Positions 52,090 to 64,000 of a stretch of 64,000 nucleotides of DNA are shown here, piece after piece. The stretch lies in assembly GCF_036321535.1 (NCBI RefSeq), contig NC_087472.1, positions 94,180,001 through 94,244,000 on the forward strand, written 5' to 3'. The notes under the pieces are model-generated. The model worked only from the letters and a program-made list of their open reading frames with translations. It was not told the origin of the DNA and ran no database searches. Both the position numbers and the translations under genes were made by a program. The first letter of the stretch is position 1. Each line of letters starts with the position of its first letter. The stretch is from Camelus dromedarius. Taxonomy: Eukaryota.

Positions 52090-53659
52090 GCCATGTGTGT
52101 ATAAGAGAATAAACAAATGATTAGTTTAAAAATCAGTATATGTAACCAGAAATTCATATATTTTAGACCTTTTATTTTGATGAGTAAAAATAGTATTATA
52201 CTTTGGGCTGAAGATTTTGTTTAATCAGATTTCACCTATTGATGTGAGATATACAAATCCTGAACTATTAGTGATTTTAAGTATGTAATAATTATTCCTT
52301 CTTCCTTCTTGGAACTGCTATGTATTATAATGATTTGGGGATAAATCTGTTATAAATATTATTTATAGACATGAAATGAGAAATAAGACTTTTAACTAAA
52401 GAACACAAATTGTTATCAATTTTAAATAGTCCATTTTGTCCTCAAGTTTTATGGATTTGATATTGCCTTATATGGTGACAGAATCAATATTTTTTCCAGG
52501 GTAATAACATTTAAAGACATATATGCATATATATGTAATATTTTAGAAATACATAAAATATCAATATACATTAAATACATATGTAATTTGTATATAAAAG
52601 TATAATAAGCTTCTGATAACGTTTTTCTCTCTCTCTGACACATGTACATGCTCACAGAAGCACGCTGAATAAAAACTGCTTCTGCTTCTACTAGACCAAC
52701 AATTATGGCTGCAAAATAGAGTTGTCATCTTGATGCTGAAGTATATGAGTTTCATCCAGTTATGAAATTGCATTTTATTTTCACATGCACCTGCTTCTGT
52801 TCCATATTATATTATTCATTTGGACTCTTTTTTCTGGAATTGAGTCTTTGTGCTTTACTGAAGATTTTCAGCTCCTGAATTAAAAAAATTGTGGGTCAGA
52901 CACTTTTTCTTTTGCTAGAAGACAAAAAGAGGCATATGTTATCCCGAGATGATGCTTTTGGCTATGCATGTGGTTTGCTTCATTTAATACTGGAAGCTTC
53001 TTCATTCACAAATCTGCTTGAGAAAAGAAAAAAAAAGCCATTCTCCTCCTCAATTTTAGGGGTTTCATGTTCATTCTTAGAGCCATTCATAGCTTCTTTC
53101 CAATCAACTTCAGGTTTAAAGTGGTTAAGTTTCAAGTCATTTAATCACTCAAGCCCCACACATATGCTTTTTAGATAGTCCTCATTCAGAGTACATACCA
53201 ATATAAAATTTACCCCTTATATAACTGAAATTAGATCACTTGTCTCCTAAGTCTCGACAGTATGTTGTTGGAAATAGCCAGAGCATTTATAGTGTGTTTT
53301 CTGTTGTTTGCTGCTTTTAACACAGTATTCAAAAAAGAATTAGCCTATTCAAGAATCAGTTTTCAAGCAGAAATAGAACAAGAGGTGTTAAAAACAGGTA
53401 ATAGAGATTAAAAACCTGTGTTTTCTTGTATATGGAGCACATATATCAGAAGTGCACTAAGTTTGAGGCACAGTGTAATTGACAAAAAAAGACACCTTTG
53501 TGCTATAAACTAGCCATATAGAGAAGTGGCTTCTAAAAGCTATGAGGCATCCAAGGAGGGCAAACACCCCAATGCCCATTCAGATTCCCCAAGGAGGCTA
53601 CTGATAAATTTGCAGATACCAGAATCATGACCCAGTCAAAGGCTTTCTCATGGTAAAGA

Positions 53660-54385
53660 TTCTCCATAGTACTTGTCTCACCTGTCATCATCTTGCTATG
53701 CACCAGTGACTTTTGTATATTTTCCACTCTTATTCTCTGCAATTAGTTTATCCATTCTACTATTTATGAACGTTTGGGTTGTTATAAACAATGCTACCAT
53801 GGACATCTTTGATCTCACAAACCTTTGATCCCACGGAGAATACTGGGTATATATCTTGGATTTAGAGTGACTTCATCATAGCATGTAAATATATTTTACC
53901 ATAGTTGATAATACCCAGTTTTTCAAGGTAGTTATACTCACAAAATATATCTGTGTGCCTGTTGTTCCACATCTTGAACAATACTTCATGTTGTCTGTCT
54001 TGTTAAATCTTTGCCAGTGTGTGTGGTATGTGGTGGCATCTCATTGTGATTTTAAATGACGTTTCCCGGAAAAATAGTGTGGTTGTGCACTTTTGTGGGT
54101 ATATATTGACAATTAGTACATTCTCTTTTGTGAAGTGCAGTTTATAATTGTCTAGTTGATTTGTATCCTTCCCATCATCTACCATTTTCAGTCATTTTTG
54201 TTTTGGCTATTCAGGTGGTAGGTTATATGTTTCATTGTGGTTTTAATTTATGTCTCCCAGATGAATAATGAAGTTGGGCACTTTGAAAAGATTTTAGCCG
54301 TTTGAACGTCTGCTTTAAAGTTCCTACTCAAGACTGTTGCCCATTTTGTAAATATTGAATTTCCTCCCTCTTATTTATAGGAGTT
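53660..54385 (-). mobile_element. Old L1 3' region remnants
   Basis: ttatccattctactatttatgaacgtttgggttg, atctcattgtgattttaa, tttcattgtggttttaattt. Confidence 0.72.
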
Positions 54386-54551
54386 CTTTGTATAGAAATA
54401 GAATCTGTAATTTAAATTTTTCTCACAAAGAAAACTAGTCCAGTGTATCTTCACGGTTAAGATAGATCTACCATCAGTCTTACACAAATATTTTCAGAAA
54501 CAAGAAAAAGAGACTACTTCCTAACTTGTTTTATGAGGCCAGCATTACTTT

Positions 54552-55897
54552 TAAAAAAATGTTTTAATTGAAATATAGTTGATTTACAATATTGTTAGTT
54601 TCAAGGGTACAGCAAAGTGATTCAGTTCCATATTTTTTCAGATTATTTTTCCTTATGTGTTGTTAAAGATATTGAATATAGTTCCCTGTGCTATACACTA
54701 AATTGTTATTGCCTATCTATTTTATGTATAGTAATTTGTGTCTATTAATCCCATACTCCTAATTTATCCCTCCCTCCCCCATCCCTTTCGGTAAGCATAA
54801 GTTTGTTTTCTATGTCTGTGAGACTGTTTCTGTTTTGTATAGATTCATTTGTGTTATTTTTAGATTCCACATAGAAAGAATATATTTGTTTTTCTCTGTC
54901 TGACTTACTTCAGTTAGTGTGATAATCTCTAGTTCCATTCATGTTGCTGCAGATGACAATATTTCATTCTTTTTATGGCTTAGTAGTACTCCATTGTGTG
55001 TGTGTGTGAGAAAGAGTGAGAGTGTGTGAGATATCTTAAACCAGTCATCTGTTGATAGACACTTAGGTTGTTTCTATGTCTTGGCTATTATAAATAGTAT
55101 TGCTGTAAACATTGAAGTGTATGTATCATTTTTAATTGACATTTTTGTCTTTTCTAGATATATAACCAAGAGTGAGATTGCTGAATCATATGGTAGCTCT
55201 ATTTTTAGTTTTTTACGGAACCACCATATTGTTTTCCATAGTGGCTGAACCGATTTACATTCCCACCAATAGTATAGGAGGGTTCCCTTTTCTCCACACC
55301 CTCTCCAGCATTTATCATTTGTGGACTTTGGAATGATGGCCATTCTGACTGGTGTGAAGTTATATCTCATTGTAGTTTTGATTTGCATTTCTCTGATAAT
55401 TAGTGATAATTAGCATCTTTTCATGTACCTGTTGGCCATTGATATGTCTTCTTTGGAGAGATAACTATTTCGGTATTCTGCCTATTTTGTGATTGGCCTG
55501 TTTGTTTTTTTGATATTGAGTTGTACAAGCTGTTTGTATATTTTTAACATTAACCCCTTGTTGGTTGCATCATTTGCAAATATTTTCTCCCATTCTGTAT
55601 GTTGTCTTTTTATTTTGTTGATGGTTTCCTTTGATGTGCAAAAGCTTTTTAAGTTTGATTAGGCCCCATTTGTTTATTTTGCTTTTATTTCTTTTGCCTT
55701 GGGAAACTGATCTAAGAAAATATTGCTATAATTTATGTCAGAGAATGTTTTGACTATATTCTCTTCTAGGAGTTTTATGGTGTCATGTCTTATATTTAGG
55801 TCTTTAAACCATTTTGAATTTATTTTTGTATATGGTGTGAGAGAGTGTTCTAACTTCATTGATTTACATGTTGCTTTCCAGCTTTCCCAGCACCACT
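54552..55897 (-). mobile_element. Young 5'-truncated L1 (1.35 kb) with perfect TSD
   Basis: ORF2 C-terminal peptides ([38 protein letters not shown]) plus 3'UTR. 18-bp TSD tgaggccagcattacttt (54534-54551, 55898-55915). Confidence 0.96.
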
Positions 55898-56845
55898 TGA
55901 GGCCAGCATTACTTTGATACCAAAGTGTTTGAGAATAACTTTATAAGAAATAAAAAGTAAATGCCATTCTCCCAGGGACATAAAAAGCAGAAGTCCTAGA
56001 TAAGATATTAATCAATCACATCCAGCAATATATAAAAAAGACATTATATAATTAAGTTGGATATATTCATAGACTATAACATTAGAATAATATTTGCATA
56101 TCAATGAATATAAATCACCACATTAATAAAATAAAGGATAAAAATTTACATGATTATTTTAAGAGGTACAGGAAAAAAATGATTTAATTCCTAATAAAGT
56201 AGGAATAGAAAACTTTGCATAATTGATTTTTGTAGAGCACTCTATCTGATATTGTGAAATACACATTCTTTTCAAGTTCGTATGGAATATTCACCAGCAT
56301 AGATGACATTCTAGACCATATAATGAGTCTCTATACATTTCGAAGAATTCATATCAGAGTATGTTCTTTGACCAAAATAGAATTAAATTAGAATTCAATA
56401 ATGGATAACTGTAAAATCCTCAACTATTTGGAAATTGAACAGCCCATTTCTAAATTATGCACTGATTGAAGAAGAAATAATAAAAGAAACTAAAAAATTT
56501 TTTTGAATTAAAATAAGCATAAGTACAAAATCTGTGGGATGCATCTGAAGTGAAATATATATATGTGTGTATGAGATCTGTGATCTAAGCTTCCACCATG
56601 GGATACTTTTTAAAAGGAAGAAAAAATTAATAAAATTAAAAGGAAAAGGAAAATTAAGCCCAAAGGAAGTAAAAATAAGGAAATAACTAAGGTAAAAGTG
56701 AAAAGGGTATAGACAACAGAAAACATTAGAGAAATGTAATGAAACAAAAAAGGCTTCTATTAAAAGAACAATAACATTGATAATAATGTAAGTTGATTAA
56801 GAAACAGAAGGCACAAATGATCAATGTTAAGAATTAAAGACGTCA

Positions 56846-56990
56846 GGGGGAGGGGGGATAGCTCAGTGGTAGAGTGCCTGCCTGGCATGCACAAGGTCCT
56901 GGGTTCAGTCCCCAGTGCCTCCACTTAAAAAATAAGTAAATAAATAAACCTAATTACTTCCTCCCCTAAAAAGAATTAAAAATTAAAAAA
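56846..56990 (+). mobile_element. tRNA-Ala-derived camelid SINE (Vic-1 type)
   Basis: gggggaggggggatagctcagtggtagagtgcctgcctggcatgcacaaggtcctgggttcagtccccag...cctaattacttcctcccc. Imperfect TSD aagaattaaagacgtca / aagaattaagacataa. Confidence 0.92.
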
Positions 56991-57593
56991 AGAATTAAGA
57001 CATAAGTGTAAATCTTCTGGACATTAAAAGAAAAATAAGGAAATGTCATGAAAAAACTTTGTCAGTACAAAAACAGGCATGAGTAAATCAAATGATCAAC
57101 TCAGTATATACAGAAAAATTATTTGACAAAATTCAATACTCACTTATCATAAAACATCTCAGTCAAACTAGCAATAATAGGGAATTTACTTAATATGATA
57201 AAGGGTGCCTTGAAAAAAACCTAACACTGACTTCCAATTTAATGGTAAAGACTAAGTACTTTTCCTAAAACCAAGGAAAAAGTCAAGATATCTGCTTTCA
57301 GGATGTTTATTCAATATCAGTTCCATTTATAAGAGCATCAAAATCATGAAATGCTTATGTATAAATTTTTTAAAAATATGAAAGACCTGTACACTTATAA
57401 CTAGAAAATATTGAAAAGAGAAATGGAGGCTTAAAGAATCGGAGTGATATTCCTTGTTCATGGATCAGACAACTCAATATTGTTCAGATGTCAATTCTTC
57501 CAAAATTATCTATATTATCAAGGCTATCCCTGTCAAAATCCAAGCAGGCTTGGTGTTTTCCCCAGGAATTAACAAGCTGATTGTAAATGTTGA

Positions 57594-58386
57594 CAGCAGG
57601 TCGCCCCTTACCTAAGGTTTCACTTTCTGTGGTTTCAGTTGCCCTCAGTGAACCTCGGTCTGAAAATATTAAATGGAAAACTCTATAAACAGCTTACTAG
57701 TTTTAAAATGCACACTGTTCTGAGTAGCAGGATGAAATCTCAAGCCATCTTGCTCCATGCCTTTGTCCAGTGTATCCCATCCGTTAGTCACTAGTGTCTG
57801 TCTAGGTTATCATACCAGCTGCAGTGCCCGAGTTCAAGCAACCCTTATTTTCCTTAATAATGGCTCCAAAGGGCAAGAGTAGTTATGCTGGCAATTCGAA
57901 TATAATAAGAGAAACTCTAAATTGCTTCCTTTGAGTGAAAGGTGTAAGTTCTCAACTTAATAAGGAAAAAAAAATTCGTATGCTGAGGTGGCTAAGATCA
58001 ACAGTAAGAACAAATCTATCTTTGAAATTGTGAAGAAGGAAAAAGAAATTTGTGCTAGTTTTGCTATAGCACCTCAGACTGCAAAAGTTATAGTCACAGG
58101 ATATGGGAAGTGCTTAGTTAAGATAGAAAAAGCATTAAATGTGTAAAATAAGATATTTTGAGAGAGAGACCATATTTATGTAACTTTTATTACTGTATAT
58201 TGTTGCAATTATTCTATTATTATAGTTAATCTCTTACTATGCCTTATTTATAAATGAAACTTTATTATAGTCATGTACGTGTAGGGAAAAAACATAGTAT
58301 ATATATGGTTTGGTACTGTCTGTGGTTTCAAGCATCCATCAGGCATCTTGAAATATATCCCTGTGGATAAGGTGGGGGGTCTACTG
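57594..58386 (+). mobile_element. MER44 (Tigger7-derived TcMar element)
   Basis: TIRs cagcaggtcgccccttacc / ggataaggtggggggtctactg followed by TA; interior ggtctgaaaatattaaatggaaaa...gttctgagtagcaggatgaaatctc. The host L1 reads continuously across it. Confidence 0.9.
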
Positions 58387-59824
58387 TATATGGAAAATTG
58401 AAGGACTTAGACTTGTCAAAATAATTTTGAAAAAATACAAACCTTGAGGACTTATTCTACCCCCTTTCTAAACTTATAAAGCTATAGTAATTAGGACAGT
58501 ATAATATCGACATAAGGGATGCACACATAAAATAAGATAGAACAGGATGTCCAGAAAAAGAGTCACATTCCTATGTGTTCAGTTAGTTTTCTTTTTAAAT
58601 ACCAAGATAATTCAATGGGTGAAAATAAAATTTTCAACAATTGGTGCTGAAATTCTGAGATATAATTCTGAAGAAATTGAACCTTAACCAGATTCTTACA
58701 CCATAAATTCACCATAAAATGGATTATAGACTTAAAGGTAAAAGTGAAACCTATAAATATCTATAAGAAAACATATTTTAAAAACTTTGCAATCTATGCA
58801 TAAGCAAATATTATTATGCATAAAACACCAATCATATAAGAAAAGAAAGATCGTCAAAGTTAAAATGTCCGCTCTTTTTGGGATACCATTAATGCCACAC
58901 ATCACTACAGTACCTAAAATTTGAAAAGTGGACAGTTGCAAATGATGGCAAGCATGAGGAGAAAGTGAAACTTTTCACATGTTGCTATCAGGAGCATAAA
59001 ATTTGTCCAACTGCTTTGGAGAACTGTTCAGCTGTTTCTGATAAAATTAAACATATACTTATCACAAACTCCCTACAACTCAATTCTAAGGTGGAGTGAA
59101 GAGAAAAGGAAACTTGTCCTCATAAAGATTTGCATGTGAGTGTTCAGAACAACTTTATTCATAATAACCATGAATTAGAAGTGACTCAAATGTTCATCAA
59201 CATATGAGGGGATAAAAGATGGATAATATTTTGTGGTATATCCATATACTGTGATACTACTTTGCAGTAAAAATGAAAAAGCTAGTGATACACACAGTAG
59301 TGTGAATGAGTATGCAGAACAAAAGAAAACAGACACAAAAGAATGCCTACAGTATAATTTCACATATATGAAATTATAGAAGAAGCAAAACTGATCTACT
59401 GTGACCAAAAGCTGATCAGTGGTTGCCTGGGGCGATAGGTCGGTAGGGTTAATCACACAGAAACATGAGAGAAATTGTGGGGTGATGAAAGTAAAATATT
59501 TTGATTGTAGTAGTGATTATATGAGTGTTTACATTTGTGAAAACTTGTTCTGTAAGTTTAAACATGAAACGTGTTCTTATCTGTTAAATATATAAAATAT
59601 ATGCAAAATAAAAACAAAACCATAACATGTATACTTTTTTAAAAATCACAAAGAGACATTACAACATTCCAAGTAAAATAGCTAAAATTAAATAAAAACC
59701 TATTTAACAACATCAAACCTATTTAAAAACCTACATAACAGCTAGAACTCACACACATTGCTGATGAATATAGATTGGTAATCTGCTTTGAAAAACTCTG
59801 ATAATATTTACTAAGAATACATTT

Positions 59825-59888
59825 CTTTTTTATTGAAGTGCAGATGATTTACAATGCATTAGTTTCTGGTGTACTGCATAGTGATTCA

Positions 59889-59923
<35 letters not shown>

Positions 59924-60266
59924 TCTTTTTCATTATAGGTTACTCTAAGATGTTGAATACCTTATATTCTAGCACAGATATTCCCTGTGCTGTACAGTAG
60001 ACCCTTTTAATCTATTTTATATATAGTAGTGTATATCTGTTAATCCCAAACTGCTAATTTATCCCTCCTCCACTTTCCCCTTTGGTAACCATAAGTTTGT
60101 TTTCTATGTCTGTGAGGCTGTTCCTGTTTTGTAAATAAATTCATTTGTATGATTTTTTAGATTCCACATGTAAGTGGTATCATGAGATATCTGTCTTTTT
60201 CTGACTTACTTCACTTAGTATGATAATCTCTATGTCCATCCATGTTGCTGCAAATGGCATTATTTA
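59825..60266 (-). mobile_element. L1 3'UTR fragment with internal (TG)15 at 59891-59921
   Basis: ttttattgaagtgcagatgatttacaatg...ggtaaccataagtttgttttctatgtctgtgag...catccatgttgctgcaaatggcatt. Confidence 0.92.
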
Positions 60267-60739
60267 GAGGAATGGGCATCTTTTACCCGTGACCTTTTCG
60301 AATTATATTTCCAAGATAAATGTGGCTGTTCACTTGTGGTTGTGTACGGGAATATTTTTAGCAGCATTATTTGCAGTATCCCTCAAGTGGAAGCAATTTA
60401 AATGTCAATCAGTAGCAGAGCAGAAAAATAAATTGAGATACATGATACAGGTAACAACATGGATGAACCTCACAGACACAATGTTGAGCAAAAAAAGCTA
60501 AACACAAATGACAGAATTCCATTTATAGAAGTTCAAAAATAGGCAAAACTAAGAGAAATCAGGCATGGTTACTTTTGGTGGGATAGTGGTATGATGGGCT
60601 TCTGAGGTGCTGTTAATGTTCTACTTTTTATATGACTGATTGTTACTAAGGTGTGTTTATTTTAAAAAATTAATCAAGTTGTAGAATTGTGATTTATATA
60701 CTTTTTATACATCTAATACTTAAACAAAATACTTAAATT

Positions 60740-61260
60740 TTAGAAATCAGATCATGTTGTTGTTCTTAAAACTCCCCAGTGGCATCCTAGCTCACTTCTA
60801 ATCGAATACCAAATCCCTGTGCCCTAAGCTTTATGCACACTAGCCTTTTTTCCTCTTCCTTGAAAAAAGAATGAAGCAAGTTCATTTTTATACCTTTTCA
60901 CTTGCAGTTCCCTCTGCCTGGAACACTATTTTCCAAAATCTTTACCTAGCCTGCTTTTCACTGATACTCAGGTCTCTGCCTTTCCTGAAATCCAAAAGCA
61001 GTTCTCTTTAACTTTATTTAAAACCCTGCCTTTTTTCAGTATAATTCTCACATCTGAAATTATCCTATCTATTTATTTCACAAGTTGGTTTCTGGTTCCC
61101 CTAGTTAGAATGCAGCATCCTTTCTTGCAGCAACTTTGAATGTCTCGCTCTCTGCTGTATCCTCGGTGACTGGAATCCTGCCAGACAGACAGATAGATGT
61201 TCAGTAAATAATTGGAACGTGAATAAATTTATTGATGAATAAGTGAGTGAATGAATGAAA
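60740..61260 (+). mobile_element. LINE-2 3' end
   Basis: atcagatcatgtt...cacttgcagttccctctgcctggaacact...ttcagtaaataattgg, ending in a (tgaa)n tail. Confidence 0.85.
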
Positions 61261-62040
61261 AAGTGTATTGCATAGAAATTAATGACTGTCGATTAACTGT
61301 GAAATGTTTTTGTAGAACAACATTACAGGGAGAAGTGTTACTGAGTGATGTTTTTCCTCCTACCCCTTAAATGATATTGTTGAAATATACCCCAGGGAAA
61401 TATAGCCTTGAGAGTGATGATTTCAGCAGCTTCCCATTCCAAATAATAGAATATTAAATTATTATATATTTATTTATTATTAAGCTCAAGCCTCCGTCAT
61501 CCTACAGTATTACTGCTGAAGTTTGAAAGGTAAATAATTTTGCATAATGATTATATGCGACGCTAAAAAACTGAATAGTGCAAGCATGCATTTTTTCCAA
61601 TATACTAAATGTATATTCTAAACAAATTATTCCCAAAACATATCAGTATATCATATTTTTATGCTTAAAGTAGCTTGTCATCTAATTTGCTTTGTTCACT
61701 TTCTGAAGAGTTCCAGGTGCAGGTGGGCACTTAAGTGCTTTTTGATGATAATGATAATTTATTGAAATTTCTTATATGTAACATTTTCCGTGTAGTTTTA
61801 GCACCTATGTTCTCTTTTATTCTTTCTAAATTTTGCCACTTATGCTATTTCATTTTCCCAGTTTGAACTATTATATGGCTTAAAATTCATAAGAATTTTT
61901 CATTTTTTAACCTTATGTTCCCTCAAACCTTACATTATTGTCAATAAATGGTGAATAACAGCAGACTATATACAGAATTTAGCAAATGTTTATGAAAGAT
62001 TAAACTCTCAAAGTTAAATGAATAAAAGTAATCTGTTATG

Positions 62041-62092
62041 ATTTTTTATTGAGCTATAGTCGATCTACAATGTTGTGTTAATTTCTGGTGTA
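62041..62092 (-). mobile_element. Very short L1 3' terminus
   Basis: ttttttattgagctatagtcgatctacaatgttgtgttaatttctggtgta. Confidence 0.7.
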
Positions 62093-62659
62093 AATTATTA
62101 TTTAAATTAGGTATCTTTTGCAGAACATACTCTAAATCGCTTATTATACTGCTGTTTAAGACAAAAGTTCAGTCATAGAAACCACTATATATTCTTATGA
62201 AGACACATTTGGAGTATAATTCATGTGAAATAAAACTATTTGTCTTAGTCTCGTTCTAATCTGTTCAAAATAATTATTTCTAAGAATGGTGTTCTTTGTA
62301 ACATCAAGAAATCAGTAACTAAGAATTTGCAGTGTTTTTCTAGCAATGTCTAAGTGGAAAGAAAACATTTAAGTACTAAACATTTGTGCATACATGATTT
62401 CACTTGCTCCTCCCCACAACTGTAGGTAATAAATATTTAGCTTATAAATTGGTTATTTGGAAGCTTTTGTGTGCCAGTTCCAGTATCGTTTCTGAGACTG
62501 ATTTTACTAGCACTTCAGCTACTTTTCCCTGCTTCTTTGTATATCCAGTTTTTGTTTGTTTGGTTTATAGAATGCCAAGTACCGAAAAGGATTTTAGAGG
62601 CTCTTTATTATGTCATTTTCCTCTTAAGAATGTTGATCACCACAATTCTAACAACACTG

Positions 62660-62748
62660 AACCTATAGTCAACATTAATGTATTGTACACTTAAGATTTT
62701 AAAAGGGTAGAGCTCCTATTAAGTATTCTTACCTCGTTAAAATAAAAT
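62660..62748 (+). mobile_element. L1MA-type 3' terminus
   Basis: ctatagtcaacattaatgtattgtacacttaagattttaaaagggtagagctc...ttcttacc plus an A-rich end. Confidence 0.75.
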
Positions 62749-62819
62749 ACAAGGACAGTTTTAAGCTTTGTTAGAGTGAGTCTATTTCTGTTTTGCATGT
62801 ATTCTTAGAACGTCATCTT

Positions 62820-63130
62820 TAGTTCTCAGGTATAGCTTTTCTGAGGTGTCATTTGAAAATCTGGTATGTTCATGAAGGTCTTCTCCATTTGGAATAGCCC
62901 CAGCTCTAGTGTCTCCCCAATATTATGGGATCGCTGAAGTCTCTGCTTGGCCTCCTGGAGTGTCACCCTGCATAGGCTCAACTTAGGAACTGGCCAAGGA
63001 TCTAAGGAGGGATTTATACATAGATTTTTTTTTAGATCCCTTTTCCTACAGTTCTCCCTTCTCAGTTCTCCATCCACAAGTTCCAGCTGCCTCTATGGCC
63101 CCAAATATTTTTCTTTGTCTTCTTCATCCA
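62820..63130 (-). mobile_element. Possible old L1 5' region remnant
   Basis: Resembles reverse old-L1 5' sequence (gctgaagtctctgctt, acaagttccagctgcctc). Weak match. Confidence 0.4.
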
Positions 63131-64000
63131 GTGAGTCCACAGCTGTCCTTGGGCTCTTTTAATCTGTGTTATGCTTTGGAAAACACCTTCAGACAGATGA
63201 CCAACCAGCCGCCTCCACTTCCGGTTTATAGCTGGTGTCACATTATTTCCCATGGTATTTCGTCACCTAAAGATGTCTGTCTATCAACAGCTCTTGACCT
63301 GTTTGCCATGAGTTTTGCTGTCAGTGAGCTCAGTGCTTTACCTCCAGACTATACAATATCCACGTTATCCATTCTAAGACCTTAAAACTCACATGACCTC
63401 AGGCTTCAGTGTTGCTACAGACTAGCATCTGATTCCTAAACCAAGTTTTAGTATAGCGCCTTTGCCAAAGAGATGCTATTCATTCATCCAGATTCCTTTA
63501 TCTAATGTGGACTTGTGTGGTATACGGTCCGGGCTTCTGAAATAGCATTACCTTTTGACTGAAGCCAGCTGGGCTAGGGCAGAACTAAACTTTCTGCTGC
63601 TGGAACTATATCGAGATGTTGAAAAGCCTCCAAGGTCCTTCCTTAGCAGGCAGGTATGTTTTCCTGTTGAGCATCAATTAACTTGAACACTACCTCTGAA
63701 ACTATCTACCAAAAAATTTAAAGGATTTCAGAGCTCTTCACTGAAGGCAGGTGAGTAATACAAACCTCTTATCTTCATTTATCCTGTTTCTAAAATGGTC
63801 AGTTTCATAAATGGTTGTATTCAATCCCAAATTTGTCCAATATATTGTGCAAAATGGAATGAAAAGAGAGGAGAATTGGCACACAATAAAATATGAAGAC
63901 TCCTAGCAACTTAGTCCTCTAAAATAAGTGGGAAATTGGTTTTTTTTCAGAGTCTAAAAGATTTCCCTTTATAGGTCTGCTGAGTTGTATTTTGTCAGTT

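Larger units (their letters stand above)
54390..60730 (+). mobile_element. Composite cluster of old + strand L1 pieces (ORF2 and 3' ends) hosting younger insertions
   Basis: ttatgaggccagcattac, cacattcttttcaagttcgtatggaatattcacc, ccttgttcatggatcagacaactcaatattg, acaacatggatgaacctcacagacacaatgttgagc. The pieces are not fully colinear, so more than one element is present. Confidence 0.8.

Noticed and set aside
21776..56990. Four tRNA-Ala-like sequences (21776, 35624, 45725, 56846) as tRNA genes
   Set aside because: They have mismatched stems, A-rich tails and in three cases TSDs, and two share the tail motif cctaattac. They are SINEs, not tRNAs.
63590..63756. Donor-like sites cag|gtatgt (63653) and cag|gtgagt (63750)
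   Set aside because: No convincing upstream polypyrimidine acceptor and no recognisable peptide.

Overview
AT-rich, CpG-depleted mammalian genomic DNA, most likely camelid (camel/llama/alpaca): four copies of a tRNA-Ala-derived SINE match the camelid Vic-1 type. I found no protein-coding exon, RNA gene or CpG-island promoter that I can assign to a known gene. The only recognisable ORFs are decayed L1 ORF2 fragments and an ERVL gag remnant; most other ORFs look like chance frames or antisense reads of repeats. The window is intronic or intergenic and dominated by transposable elements: young and old L1s, L2, MIR, MaLR/ERVL/ERV1 LTRs and hAT and Tc-mariner MITEs. A degraded ERVL provirus at about 44.5-50.7 kb carries several nested later insertions. 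The most interesting items are three non-standard retro-insertions flanked by target-site duplications (TSDs): a 229-bp polyadenylated orphan insert at 30.9 kb, a ~600-bp 3'UTR-like insert in the ERVL protease region, and a tail-less internal L1 endonuclease fragment. There are also a few candidate + strand splice signals. I found no convincing novel biological system. Repeat family names come from recalled consensus sequences, not a database search, and boundaries of old elements are approximate.
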